Below are positions 1 to 10,012 of a stretch of DNA of 64,000 nucleotides, piece by piece (position 1 is the first letter of the stretch; each line of letters starts with the position of its first letter). Source of the stretch: Scyliorhinus canicula (lineage: Eukaryota). The notes under the pieces are model-generated. The model was not told the origin of the DNA. It was given only the letters and a program-made list of their open reading frames with translations, and searched no databases. The translations under genes and the position numbers were made by a program. The stretch lies in the NCBI RefSeq assembly GCF_902713615.1, contig NW_024055676.1, positions 620,877-684,876 of the forward strand, given 5' to 3'.

Positions 1-790
1 TGATATACTTTGAATAGTTTTGGTGCCCTTATCTAAGGAAGACAGATTGGTTTTGAAGGCAGTCCAGAGAAGGACCACGATGTTGATCCGAGTATGGAGG
101 GATTTTCTTATGGGGAGAGGTTAAGTAGGCTGGGCCTGGACTGATTGGAGTTTAGAAGAATGAAGGCGGCCTAATTGAGACATGAAAGATTCTCAGGGAG
201 CTTCGGAGTGTAATCGCTGAGGAGGTTGTTTTCCCTTGTGGGAGCATCTCGGACCAGAGTGCAGGATCACATAGTCAATGTTCGCCCATTTCAGACAGAG
301 ATGAGAAGGAATTCCTCTCTCAGAGCGTCGGGGAGCTGTAGAATGATTTAACCCAGGGGGCTGTAGATTCTGGGTTGTTCAGTATGTTCAAGGTTGAGAG
401 AGACATATTTTCAACCAATGGGAGATATGGGATTGGATTTTGTTTATTGTCACGTGTACCGAGGTACAGTGAAAAGTATTTTTTCTGCAAGCAGCTCAAC
501 AGATCATTCAGTACATGAAAAGAAAGGGAAATAAAATAAAATACATAACAGGGCAACATAAGGTACACAATGTAACTACTTAACACCGGCATCGGGTGAA
601 GCATACAGAGGTGTAGTGTTAATGAGGTCAGTCCGTAAGAGGGTCGTTTAGGTGTCTGGTAACTGCGGGAGAAGGCGGGAAAGAGGAGTTGAAGATCATC
701 ACATCAGATCAGTTATGATCTCATTGAAGGCTGGGATCAGTGTTTTGGGCTGAATGGCCTACGTCTGCTCCTACGTCTTGTGGCCATTGG
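1..790 (+). mobile_element. Decayed CR1-type LINE 3' end, interrupted by another repeat at about 420-660
   Basis: RT C-terminal and 3' UTR sequence resembling the other CR1 copies in the window. Confidence 0.6.
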
Positions 791-1006
791 TCTAGCTCCG
801 TCTAAACCCCATATCACTGCTTTTAATTCATTGTTCCTTCATCTACGTAGCAATTTCCCCCTTAAGATCAACAGGCCCAAAATTTTTAGTCGTGGAATTG
901 CCAATCAGAATGGACCATAAATACACTGAATACTAAATACTGACCGCTGCACTGACACTAGAAATAGACACAATGACTCACTTATTGCTTCAGTTTCACC
1001 GCTCAC

Positions 1007-1314
1007 CTATTTTTTTGTGGATTGAAATTCTTAAAGGAGTTGGCAGGTCCTGATGGCTCGCCACACAGTCAAACACAGCCCCACTCAGCCAGGCTTGTGT
1101 CGAGATGTTTAATTGCTGACCACGCTCTCAGTATCTGCCCCAGGCTGGTCGGCAATCTCTGATTTCAGCGGCTTCTTCGCTTCACTCCAGGACACGTTGA
1201 CTCCATAAGGACCATTCGAAATGACGCAGGTTAAGGTGACAGTCGCCTCCAGTAAGACCTGTTCTATTGGTGGTGGCAGTATTGTTACTGAGGCGGTAAT
1301 ACAATCAGAAGGAT
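1007..1314 (-). pseudogene. IGHM: IgM constant exon Cmu3 with a 1-bp frameshift near 1112 (as assembled)
   Basis: Exon is 308 nt between TTCACAG and GTGAG. The frame DPSDC...TLTCVIS...SW...ESVVS hits TAA at 1111-1109; adding one base restores [36 protein letters not shown] up to the donor. Confidence 0.85.
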
Positions 1315-1944
1315 CTGTGAATGAAAACATGAAAATCAACACAAGTTCATCTTCAGAATCAGGACAGAAGGATTCAGCCTTCACTCACTCAATGGGAATA
1401 AATCAACTTCGAAACTTCTAATGATCGCCATTAATCTTCTGTACACAATGGAAAACCAGTTTGGTTATCTTAAACGATTCTCATTGTGAAATACAGTCAG
1501 CACCAATGGCATTCTAATGAACGAGTATTGCAGCATTCCCAATACAAATATTCCAATCCTGATCTCGGAAACCTAATACGGAAGGCTGATTTATAAATAG
1601 GTTGAATGAACTTTCCAACAATTTTCCTTGGAGCTGTTATCAATAAAGGGGTTCAGACACCCACTGCCTCTCAAATATAATCAGCTGTCTCAGGATAAGG
1701 CTGATATCAAATCCACCTCACTCACTAAATGACTTCAAATTAGAGGGAAACATTTATTTCTCTGCTGATCAAATCCTGAATGGTGAGCAATCCAAATGCA
1801 GCTCTTACATCAGAATGAAACACAAACTACATGGCAGTAAATTAGAAGTTATTCTGTGCTTTGTCCTGATTTTAATAAATTCCTGATTTGGATTAACATC
1901 AGAGTGAAGGATGATTTATTGTTTCCTCTGTTTGTGTCTCTTAC

Positions 1945-2253
1945 CAGACGCGGTGACGTTGTGACTTTGGGTAACCTCTTGATGAGTGACCTGGCAGGTA
2001 TAGACCGCTTTGCTGAACCATTCCCCGGCGGAGACTGTCAGCCGACTGCTCGCCGAGAAGTTCCCGTTCACTTCACAGGCGGGAGAGGTGACAATTCCTG
2101 AAGCCATGGGTTGTCCATTCTTCAGCCACTTTACCGTGATTGAATTTGTCTGGAAATCGTTAATTGAACAGACGATGGTTGCAAATTTCTGTCTTGTGAT
2201 TTCTTCACTGGAACTCACGGTGAGGAGAACATGTGGAGGGACACCAGGCGGGC
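1945..2253 (-). CDS. IGHM: IgM constant exon Cmu2 ([34 protein letters not shown]...WLKNG...YTCQVTHQ...), intact
   Basis: AG acceptor at 2255-2254, 309 nt open, GTAAG donor, C1-set motifs. Confidence 0.93.
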
Positions 2254-2454
2254 CTTCAAGAAACACAATTTAGACATTTCTTGCAGAAGATGGTGTGACA
2301 AATAAAATGATTTATTATATTTTAACTGTTTCTCTGCGGCCAATATTTTCCTCAGGAATCAGAACGGCACACTTTATCATAAATATGTTATAGCCAAAGG
2401 TGTAAATAAAGTAATCACAGCGGTTCTGCTTCGCACAGTTTCCATAACACTTAC

Positions 2455-2751
2455 ATGTCATTCCAATGCTCTTGTCTGAGCCGCTGTGTCGAACCTCACA
2501 GCTGATTTTGCTGCATACCCCCTCTGACTCGGTGATGGTTAACTGGCTGCTCAGGGTGTAGGTTCCCTTCTTGTTTCTCGCTGACGGGTATTCCTTAACT
2601 CCAGTGCTGATCAGCTGCCCATCTTTCTTCCAGGTAAGGCTGGTGATTTCTGGGGAGTAGTCCATCGCCAAACAGCCGTAGGTGACGGAGCCGCCGGTGT
2701 TGTGTTGCTGACAGGAGACCAGGCTGTAGAGAGTGGGCGGAGACGGTGTCG
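2455..2751 (-). CDS. IGHM: IgM constant exon Cmu1 ([43 protein letters not shown]...YTLSSQLTI...SCEVRH...), intact
   Basis: CTCTCCCAG acceptor, 297 nt open, GTAAGT donor, C1-set Cys/Trp; resembles shark mu CH1. Confidence 0.93.
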
Positions 2752-3719
2752 CTGGGAGAGAATGGCCAATTGAACAAGTTAGACTCTGGGATTTGTCATT
2801 AAGGTATCATACAACTTAGAATTTGGATAAAGTTACAAATTTATCATAAACCGTTCGCATTAAAACTGCATCCATACTTGAGCATCTGTTACTTCTAACT
2901 TTTGAGAATCACCATTTGTTTATTCCCTCTTTAGAAACTCACATCTCTTTCTCCATTTCTAACACCTTGCAGAAATTAGCATTATGGTGTCATCTGAAAA
3001 TGTACCATTCATTCCTTTCAATGAGCAGAGCGGAGGGTTTCCCCATTATTTATGACACCAATGTTTTTTCCACCAACAGCACTTTGTGATAAAGAAGTTG
3101 TCTCTTCATTTCGGTCATTGCTGTTTGGAAATTGCCTGTGTTCAAACTGACTGATGTCCCTCCTCTCTCCACCTCACTACCCCCACTCCCCAAAACAGGG
3201 AGTCGTGACTTTGCTTCAGAAAAATCATCCAGGTATTTAAATAATGACTATAAAATTCTACGTTTGAGCACATGTGCAAGTAACTCCAAAATTCTCCAAT
3301 TACAGGACCCTGGACATTAAAAGCGGGATGCGGCCATTCGGTCCCTCAGGTCTCCTGCACCATTCAATATGATTATGGCGGAGCGGATTGTGGGATGGAC
3401 TCCGCATTCCATGTATCCGCGTTAACCAGCTTCCTGTCCTTTTCCCAGCTCTCTGCGCTTTTCCCAGCTCTCTGATCTTTCCTCCACTTCTGTAATTTGC
3501 CCAGCTGCATCTTTCCAGGTTGTTTGCTCTTTGCCTCAGCTTCTGGAACTTTCCACTTGCTCTTTGTGCTTTTCCCCAGAACATGGTTTGGCCCTCATTA
3601 GAACCTACATATTTTCTCCGTCCATATCACCTGGCATAAACAACATGTTGATGTCCTCAGAATGATGTAAATTTCATTGGATTGAAAGCGAAGAGCGGAT
3701 GATTTTTCCCATTATTTCA

Positions 3720-3945
3720 GCCATCAATGTTCTCCAAAATGTGAAACCCCGCCCGTAGTCCTGGAATCTGATTTCTCCTTTTGAGAGCTGGACTGGTGGT
3801 GATTTAACCGAGGGCACCACATCCCAGGCCAGGGGCAGGTGGAAATGGGGGTCTTTATGAATACCTCAGCCGGTCCAGCAATTGAACCCGCGCTGCTGGG
3901 ATCGCTCTTCATCACGAACCAGCCGTCCAGCTATCTGAGCTGTGT
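3720..3945 (-). mobile_element. tRNA-derived SINE
   Basis: Minus strand begins AGCTCAGATAGCTGG (A-box-like) with a GGGTTCAATT B-box-like motif. Confidence 0.6.
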
Positions 3946-4216
3946 ACGTCATAATCCAGCTAACTGAGCGGTGTACGTCACAATCCAGCAAATTGAGCGG
4001 TGTACGTCACAATCCAGCTAACTGAGCTGTGTACGTCACAATCCAGCAAACTGAGCGGTGTACGTCACAATCCAGCTAACTGAGCTGTATACGTCACAAT
4101 CCAGCTAACTGAGCTGTATACGTCACAATCCAGCTAACTGAGCTGTGTACGTCACAATCCAGCAAACCGAGCTGTGCACGTCACAATCCAGCAAACTGAG
4201 CGGTGTACGTCACAAT
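3926..4216. repeat. 29-bp tandem repeat, about 10 copies (CAATCCAGCTAACTGAGCTGTGTACGTCA)
   Basis: GTACGTCA recurs at 3944, 3973, 4002 and onward. Confidence 0.95.
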
Positions 4217-7200
4217 GAACAGCATTCCGCCTGTCACTAAGACCGGGCTGTCTGCAATCCCCCGCACCCCGCCCCGCGCTTTCTGTTCGTTCCCCCATCT
4301 CTCTGCCATTCCGCTGGATCTCTGCACCTTTCACCTGCTCCCTTCACTTTCTTTCAGCTGTCTGCTCTTTTAGACGGCTCTCCGGCTTTCCCCGACATCT
4401 CTGCCTTTTCCTTTGTCTCTCCGCACTTTCCTCCATCTCGTTCTGCTTTGTCCATGCGCTCTTCACTTTTCCCGTTCTTTGGATTTTGCCCCGGTTCCTG
4501 GTACTTTCTGCGGTTCTTTCAGTTTTTTTGCCATTATTATGCGCGGAATCTTACCGCTTATCGCCCACTCTTTGCTGAGTTTCTTCCCGATCACTGCAAT
4601 TCTCTCAGCTCTCTGCACCTTCCACCGGCTCTCGGCACCTTTTCCCTGCTCTCTTTCTTCCAGCTCTCTGTCCTTTGCGACGGCTCCCTGAGCTTTCCGC
4701 AGAATCTCTCCCCTGGCTCCCACATCTCTGTGCTTGCCCCCCTCCTCCCCACCACTCCCTTTCCTGCCCTTTCCCTGCCTCCTTGCTCTTTCTCCCGGCT
4801 CCGGCGCTTTCTCCCGGCTCCGGCGCTTTCTCCCGACTCTCTGAACTACCCCCGGCTCTCCCCAATCCCGGGCCAACAGACACATGTGGGCACCTCTCGT
4901 GATCATGTCCCACTCCAGTTCTCTCTTTCTCTCTCGTTCCAGACATTCCCTCGCTGATTTAGGGACCGTGAATAAGAGAGAATGAAGAGAGTGAGTGAGT
5001 AAATGAGTGAGGGTAGGAGAGTGAGTGTGGGTGAGTGAGTAACTGAGTGACGGTAGGAGAGTGAGTGTGGGTGAGTGAGTAACTGAGTGAGGGTAGGAGA
5101 GTGAGTGTGGATGAGTGAGTAACTGAGTGAGGGTAGAGAGTGAGTGTGGGTGAGTGAGTTGGGTGATTGAGGATATGAGAGTGTGGATGAGTGGGAGAGA
5201 ATGGGGGGTTGACTGAGTGAGTGTAATTGGGTGAGGGTGTGTCACTGAGGGTGAGTGAGTCATGATGGGTGAGGGACAGTGAGTGAGAGGTGGAAAATAA
5301 GTGAGGATGGGTGAGTGAGGCCTGGAGGGTGAGTTTGTGAGTGAAGTTGTGTGGTGAAGGTGAGTGGGTTAGGGTGGGTGAGGCAGGGTTGGTGACTGCG
5401 GGTGAGTGAATGGGGAGGGTGAATGGGTGAGGGTGAATAAGTGGGAGTGAATGAGTGAGGGTGGTTAAGGCTGTATGAGTGTGGCTGTGAGCGAGGTTTG
5501 TAACAGAATTAGTGGGTGAACTTGGGTGAGTGAGGGCGCTTGAGCGGCGGAGCATGAGTGTGGGTGGGTGAGCGAGGGTATGTGATAGTGGTTGAGTGAG
5601 TGAGGGTGAATGAGAGAATAAGAGTGGATGGGTAAGAATGAGGGAGTGAATGAGAGTGGGTGCATGAGTGAGTGAGGGTGAGAGGCGAGGGTGATTTAAT
5701 GAGGTTGGGTGAGTGATGGCGAGTGAGTTAATGAGGGTGTGTGAGTGATGGTGAGTGAGTGTGTGTAAGTGACGGTGACTGAGAGCGGTGTAAAAGTGTT
5801 GGTGCATGAGTGTGTGTAAGTAAGGGTGGCTGAGTGAGGATGTAAGAGGGAACATGGGTGAGTGAGGGTGTGTGAGGATGGGTGAGATTGTGAGTGAAGG
5901 CGCATGGGTAATGGTGGGTGAGAGACTCCTTGTGAGTGAGGCTGTGTGAGTGAGGGTGTGTGAGTGAGGCTGTGTGTGTGAGGCTGTGTGAGTGAGGCTG
6001 TGTGAGTGAGGGTGTATGAGTGAGGCTGTGTGAGTGACGCTGTGTGAGTGAGGCTGTGTGAGTGAGGGTGTGTGAGTGAGGCTGCGTGGGTGAGGCTGAG
6101 TGAGGCTGAGTGAGGCTGAGTGAGGCTGTGTGAGGGAGGGGTGTGTGAGTGAGGCTGTGTGACTGAGGCTGTGTGAGTGAGGCTGTGTGAGTGAGGGTGT
6201 GTGAGTGAGGGTGTGTGAGTGAGGCTGTGTGAGTGAGGCTGAGTGAGGCTGTGTGAGTGAGGCTGTGTGAGTGAGGGTGTGTGAGTGAGGGTGTGTGAGT
6301 GAGGCTGTGTGAGTGAGGGTGTGTGAGTGAGGCTGTGTGAGTGAGGGTGTGTGAGTGAGGCTGTGTGAGTGAGGGTGTGTGAGTGAGGCTGTGTGAGTGA
6401 GGCTGTGTGAGTGAGGGTAGTGAGTCAGGGTAGTGGGTCAGGGTGGGTGAGTGAGGGTAGTGAGTGAGGGTGGGCGAATGCGAGAGGATGGGGAGTGATG
6501 GTGGGTGTGATGTTGAGTGAGTGGGGCTGAGTTAGGGTAGTTTACTGAGGGTGGGTGAGTTGGTGAGTGTGAGTGAGAGAGTGAGTGAGTGAGGTGAGTG
6601 ATTGTGGGCGTCAGTGAGATCGAGTGAATGAGAGTGGGTGAGTGAGAGTGGGTGTGTGAGTGTGTTAGTGAGTGTGGGTGACTGAGTGAGGGTAAGTTAC
6701 TGAATGAGGAGAGTGAGGGTGGGTGGGTGACTGAGTGAGGGTAAGTTACTGAATGAGGAGAGTGAGGGTGGGTGGGTGACTGAGTGAGGGTAAGTTACTG
6801 AATGAGGAGAGTGAAGGTGGGTGGGTGACTGAGTGAGGGTAAGTTACTGAATGAGGAGAGTGAGGGTGGGTGGGTGAATGAATGGGGCTGAGTAAGTGAG
6901 GACAGTGTGACAGAGGGCGAGTGAGCATGGGAGGGTGAGGGTAAGTGAATGAGGGTGAGTGTGTGAGGGTGTGTGACTGAGCTTGAGTACGTGAGGGTGA
7001 GTGAGGGTAAGTGATTGAGGGTCAGTGTGTGAGGGTATGTGACTGAGCGTGAGTACATGAGGGTGGGTGAGTGAGGGTACGTGAATGAGCGTGAGTGTGT
7101 GAGGGTGTGTGACTGAGCATGGGTAAGTGAGGGTGGGTGGGTTAGTGAGGGTAAGTGGATGAGAGTGAGTGTGTTAGGGTGTGTGACTGAGCGTGAGTAA

Positions 7201-9351
7201 GTCAGGGTGGGTGGGTGAGTTAGTGAGGGTGAGTGAGTGAGTATGGGTGATTGATTGAGCTGAGTGATTGAATGAGGATGAGTGAGGGTGGGTGTGTGAC
7301 TGAGCGTGAGTAAGTGAGGGTGGGTGGATGAGTGAGGGGGAGTGAGTGAGGATGGGTGATTGATTGAGCCGAGAGACTGAAGGAGGATCAGTGAGGGTGG
7401 GTGTGTGAGACTGAATGAGGTTGGGTGCGTAGGTGGGTTACTGAATGAAGGTGAGTGAGGGTCGGTAGGTGAGTGAATGAGGCTGAGAGAGTGAGAGTGG
7501 GTGAGTGAATAAAGCTGGGTGAACGAGGAAGAATGAGTGAGGGTGTGTGAGTGAGTGAAGATGATTGAGGGTGAGTAATGAGGGTAGTGTGAAGGTGTGT
7601 GACTGAGGCTGAATGAGTGAGGGTGACTGAGTGAGGTTCCATGACTGAGGGTTAGTGACGATGAGCGAGGTGAGGCTGAGTGAGTGAGGGTGGGTAAGTG
7701 AATCAGTGTGGGTGACTAAGGTGAAGTGAAGGTGTGTGAATGAGTGCAGGTGAATGAGAGTGAGCAATTTAGGTTGGGCTAGCAAGTGTGAGTGAATAAG
7801 TGTGAGAGAGAGATGGTGAGTGAGGGTGTTATAGTGCGTGAGGCTGTTTGAGTGAGTGACGGTGTGTGAGTGAGGGTGTGTGAGTGAGACTGTGTGAGTG
7901 AGTGAGGGTGGACGAGGGAGAGTAGGTGAGTGAGGGAGATTCAGGAAGTGTCATGAGTGCATCTGAGTGAGTGTGTGTGAGTGAGGATGTGTGAGTGAGG
8001 GTGGATGAGTGAGAGTGGGTGGGTCAGTGAGGGGTGTGAGTGAGTGAGGGTGTGTGAGTGAGGGTGTGTGAGTGAGGGGTGTGAGTGACGGAGGGTGTGT
8101 GAGTGAGGGTGTGTGAGTGAGGGTGTGTGAGTGAGTGAGGGTGTGTGAGTGAGGGTGAGTGAGTGAGTGAGGGTGTGTGAGTGAGTGAGGGTGGGCGAGG
8201 GAGTGTAGGAGAGTGAGGGAGATTCAGGGAGGGTGGCGAGTGTGTGTGAGTATGTGTGAGTGAGTATGTGTGAGTGAGGGTGTGTGATTGAGGATGTGTG
8301 AGTGAGGGTGTGTGAGTGAGGGTGTGTGAGTGAGGGTGGCAAGGGAGTGTAGGAGAGTGAGGGAGATTCAGGGAGGGTAGCGACTGCGTGTGAGTATGTG
8401 TGAGTGAGGATGTGTGAGTGAGGGTGTGGGAGTGAGTGAGGGCGTGTGAGTGAGGGTGTGTGAGTGAGGGTGTGTGAGTGAGGGTGTGTGAGTGAGGGTG
8501 TGTGAGTGAGGGTGTGTGAGTGAGTGAGGGTGGCAAGGGAGTGTAGGAGAGTGAGGGAGATTCAGGGAGGGTAGCGACTGCGTGTGAGTATGTGTGAGTG
8601 AGGATGTGTGAGTGAGGGTGTGGGAGTGAGTGAGGGCGTGTGAGTGAGGGTGTGTGAGTGAGGGTGTGTGAGTGAGGGTGTGTGAGTGAGGGTGTGGGAG
8701 TGAGTGAGGGTGTGTGAGTGAGGGTGTGTGAGTAAGGGTGTGTGAGTGAGGGTGTGTGAGTGAGGGTGTTGAGTGAGGGTGTGGGAGTGAGTGAGGGTGT
8801 GGAAATGAGAGTCGGTGAATGAGGGAGATTCAGGGAGGGTGGTGAGTGCGTGTGAGTGAAGGTGGGTGAGTGAGTGTGTGTGAGAGGGTGGATGAGTGAA
8901 GATTTGTGAGTGAGGGTGGATAATTGAGGGTTGGTGAATGAGGGTGTGTGAGTGGGGGTGGGTGAGTGTCTCAGGGTGGGTGAGTGAGTGTGTGTGAGTG
9001 AGTGAAGGCGTGTGAGTGAGGGAGTGTGCATTAGTGTGTGAGGATGTGTGAGTGAGGGTGTGTGAGTGAGGGTGAGTGAGAGTGGGTGCATGAGGGTGAG
9101 TGAGGATGTGTGTGTGAGTGAAGGCGTGTGAGTGAGGGAGTGTGCATTAGTGTGTGAGTGTGAGTGAGTGAGGGTGCGTGAGTGAGGGAGTGTGCATTAG
9201 TGTGTGAGGATGTGTGAGTGAGGGTGTATGAGTGAGGGTGGGTGTGAGTGAGTGAGTGGGTGAGTGAGGGTGTGTGAGGATGTGTGTGTGAGTGAGTGAG
9301 GCTGTGTGAGTGAGTGACAGTGGGTAAGTGTGTGTGAAGGAGTGGGTGAAA

Positions 9352-9577
9352 GGACAGCATGGTGGTGCAGTGGTAGCCCTGCTGCCTCACAGCGTCCAGG
9401 TCCCAGGTTCGATCCGGGCTCTGGGTCACTGTCCATGTGAAGTTTGCACATTCTCCCCGTGTTTGCGTGGGTTTCATCCCCACAGCCCAAACATGTGCAG
9501 GGTAGGTGGATTGGCTACGTTAAATTGCCCCTTAATTAGAAAAAATGGATTGGGTACTCTAAATTTATTTTAAAAAA
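9352..9577 (+). mobile_element. tRNA-derived SINE (HE1-like)
   Basis: GGTGGTGCAGTGG A box, GGTTCGATCC B box, and GGGTCACTGTC...GTGGATTGGC core shared with other copies. Confidence 0.8.
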
Positions 9578-9815
9578 GGAGTGAGTGAGGATGTGTGAGT
9601 GAGGGTGTGGGAGTGAGTGACCGTGGCTGAGTGATGATTCACAGGTACTCCCAGCCATTAGGACGATGTTTCTCTGGATGATTTTCCACTCAGACTCAGT
9701 TTCCTTTTGTCTTGTCCACAGCCGTGCTGGGGGCTCCTCCATTCGGCTCCACCACCCCCGCCTCCTCCTCTTCCTCTCCATCGATCCTGTCCTGATTCTC
9801 CACATTAATCAGCTT

Positions 9816-10012
9816 TCAGTAACACCGGCTGTACAGTCAGACAGCAGTGTAGATCACTGGGCAGCTGCTTTAATACTTTCAGTAATACCGGCTGTGTAAA
9901 GTCAGACAGCAGTGTAGATCACTGGGCAGCTGCTTTAATACTGTCAGTAACACGGGCTGTGTAAAGTCAGACAGCAGTGTAGATCACTGGGCAGCTGCTT
10001 TAATACTTTCAG
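9816..10012. repeat. 65-bp tandem repeat, about 3 copies
   Basis: GTCAGACAGCAGTGTAGATCACTGGG at 9836, 9901 and 9966. Confidence 0.9.

Noticed and set aside
1-1006. Cmu4, secretory tail or TM exons
   Set aside because: The region is LINE-derived and I saw no C1-set exon; they presumably lie left of the window.
3926-4216. 29-bp array read as CRISPR-like
   Set aside because: Head-to-tail repeats with no unique spacers, in eukaryotic DNA.
9840-9995. CAGTG-TAGAT-CACTG in the 65-bp repeat read as cryptic back-to-back RSS heptamers
   Set aside because: The heptamers are incomplete and there are no nonamers at 12 or 23 spacing.
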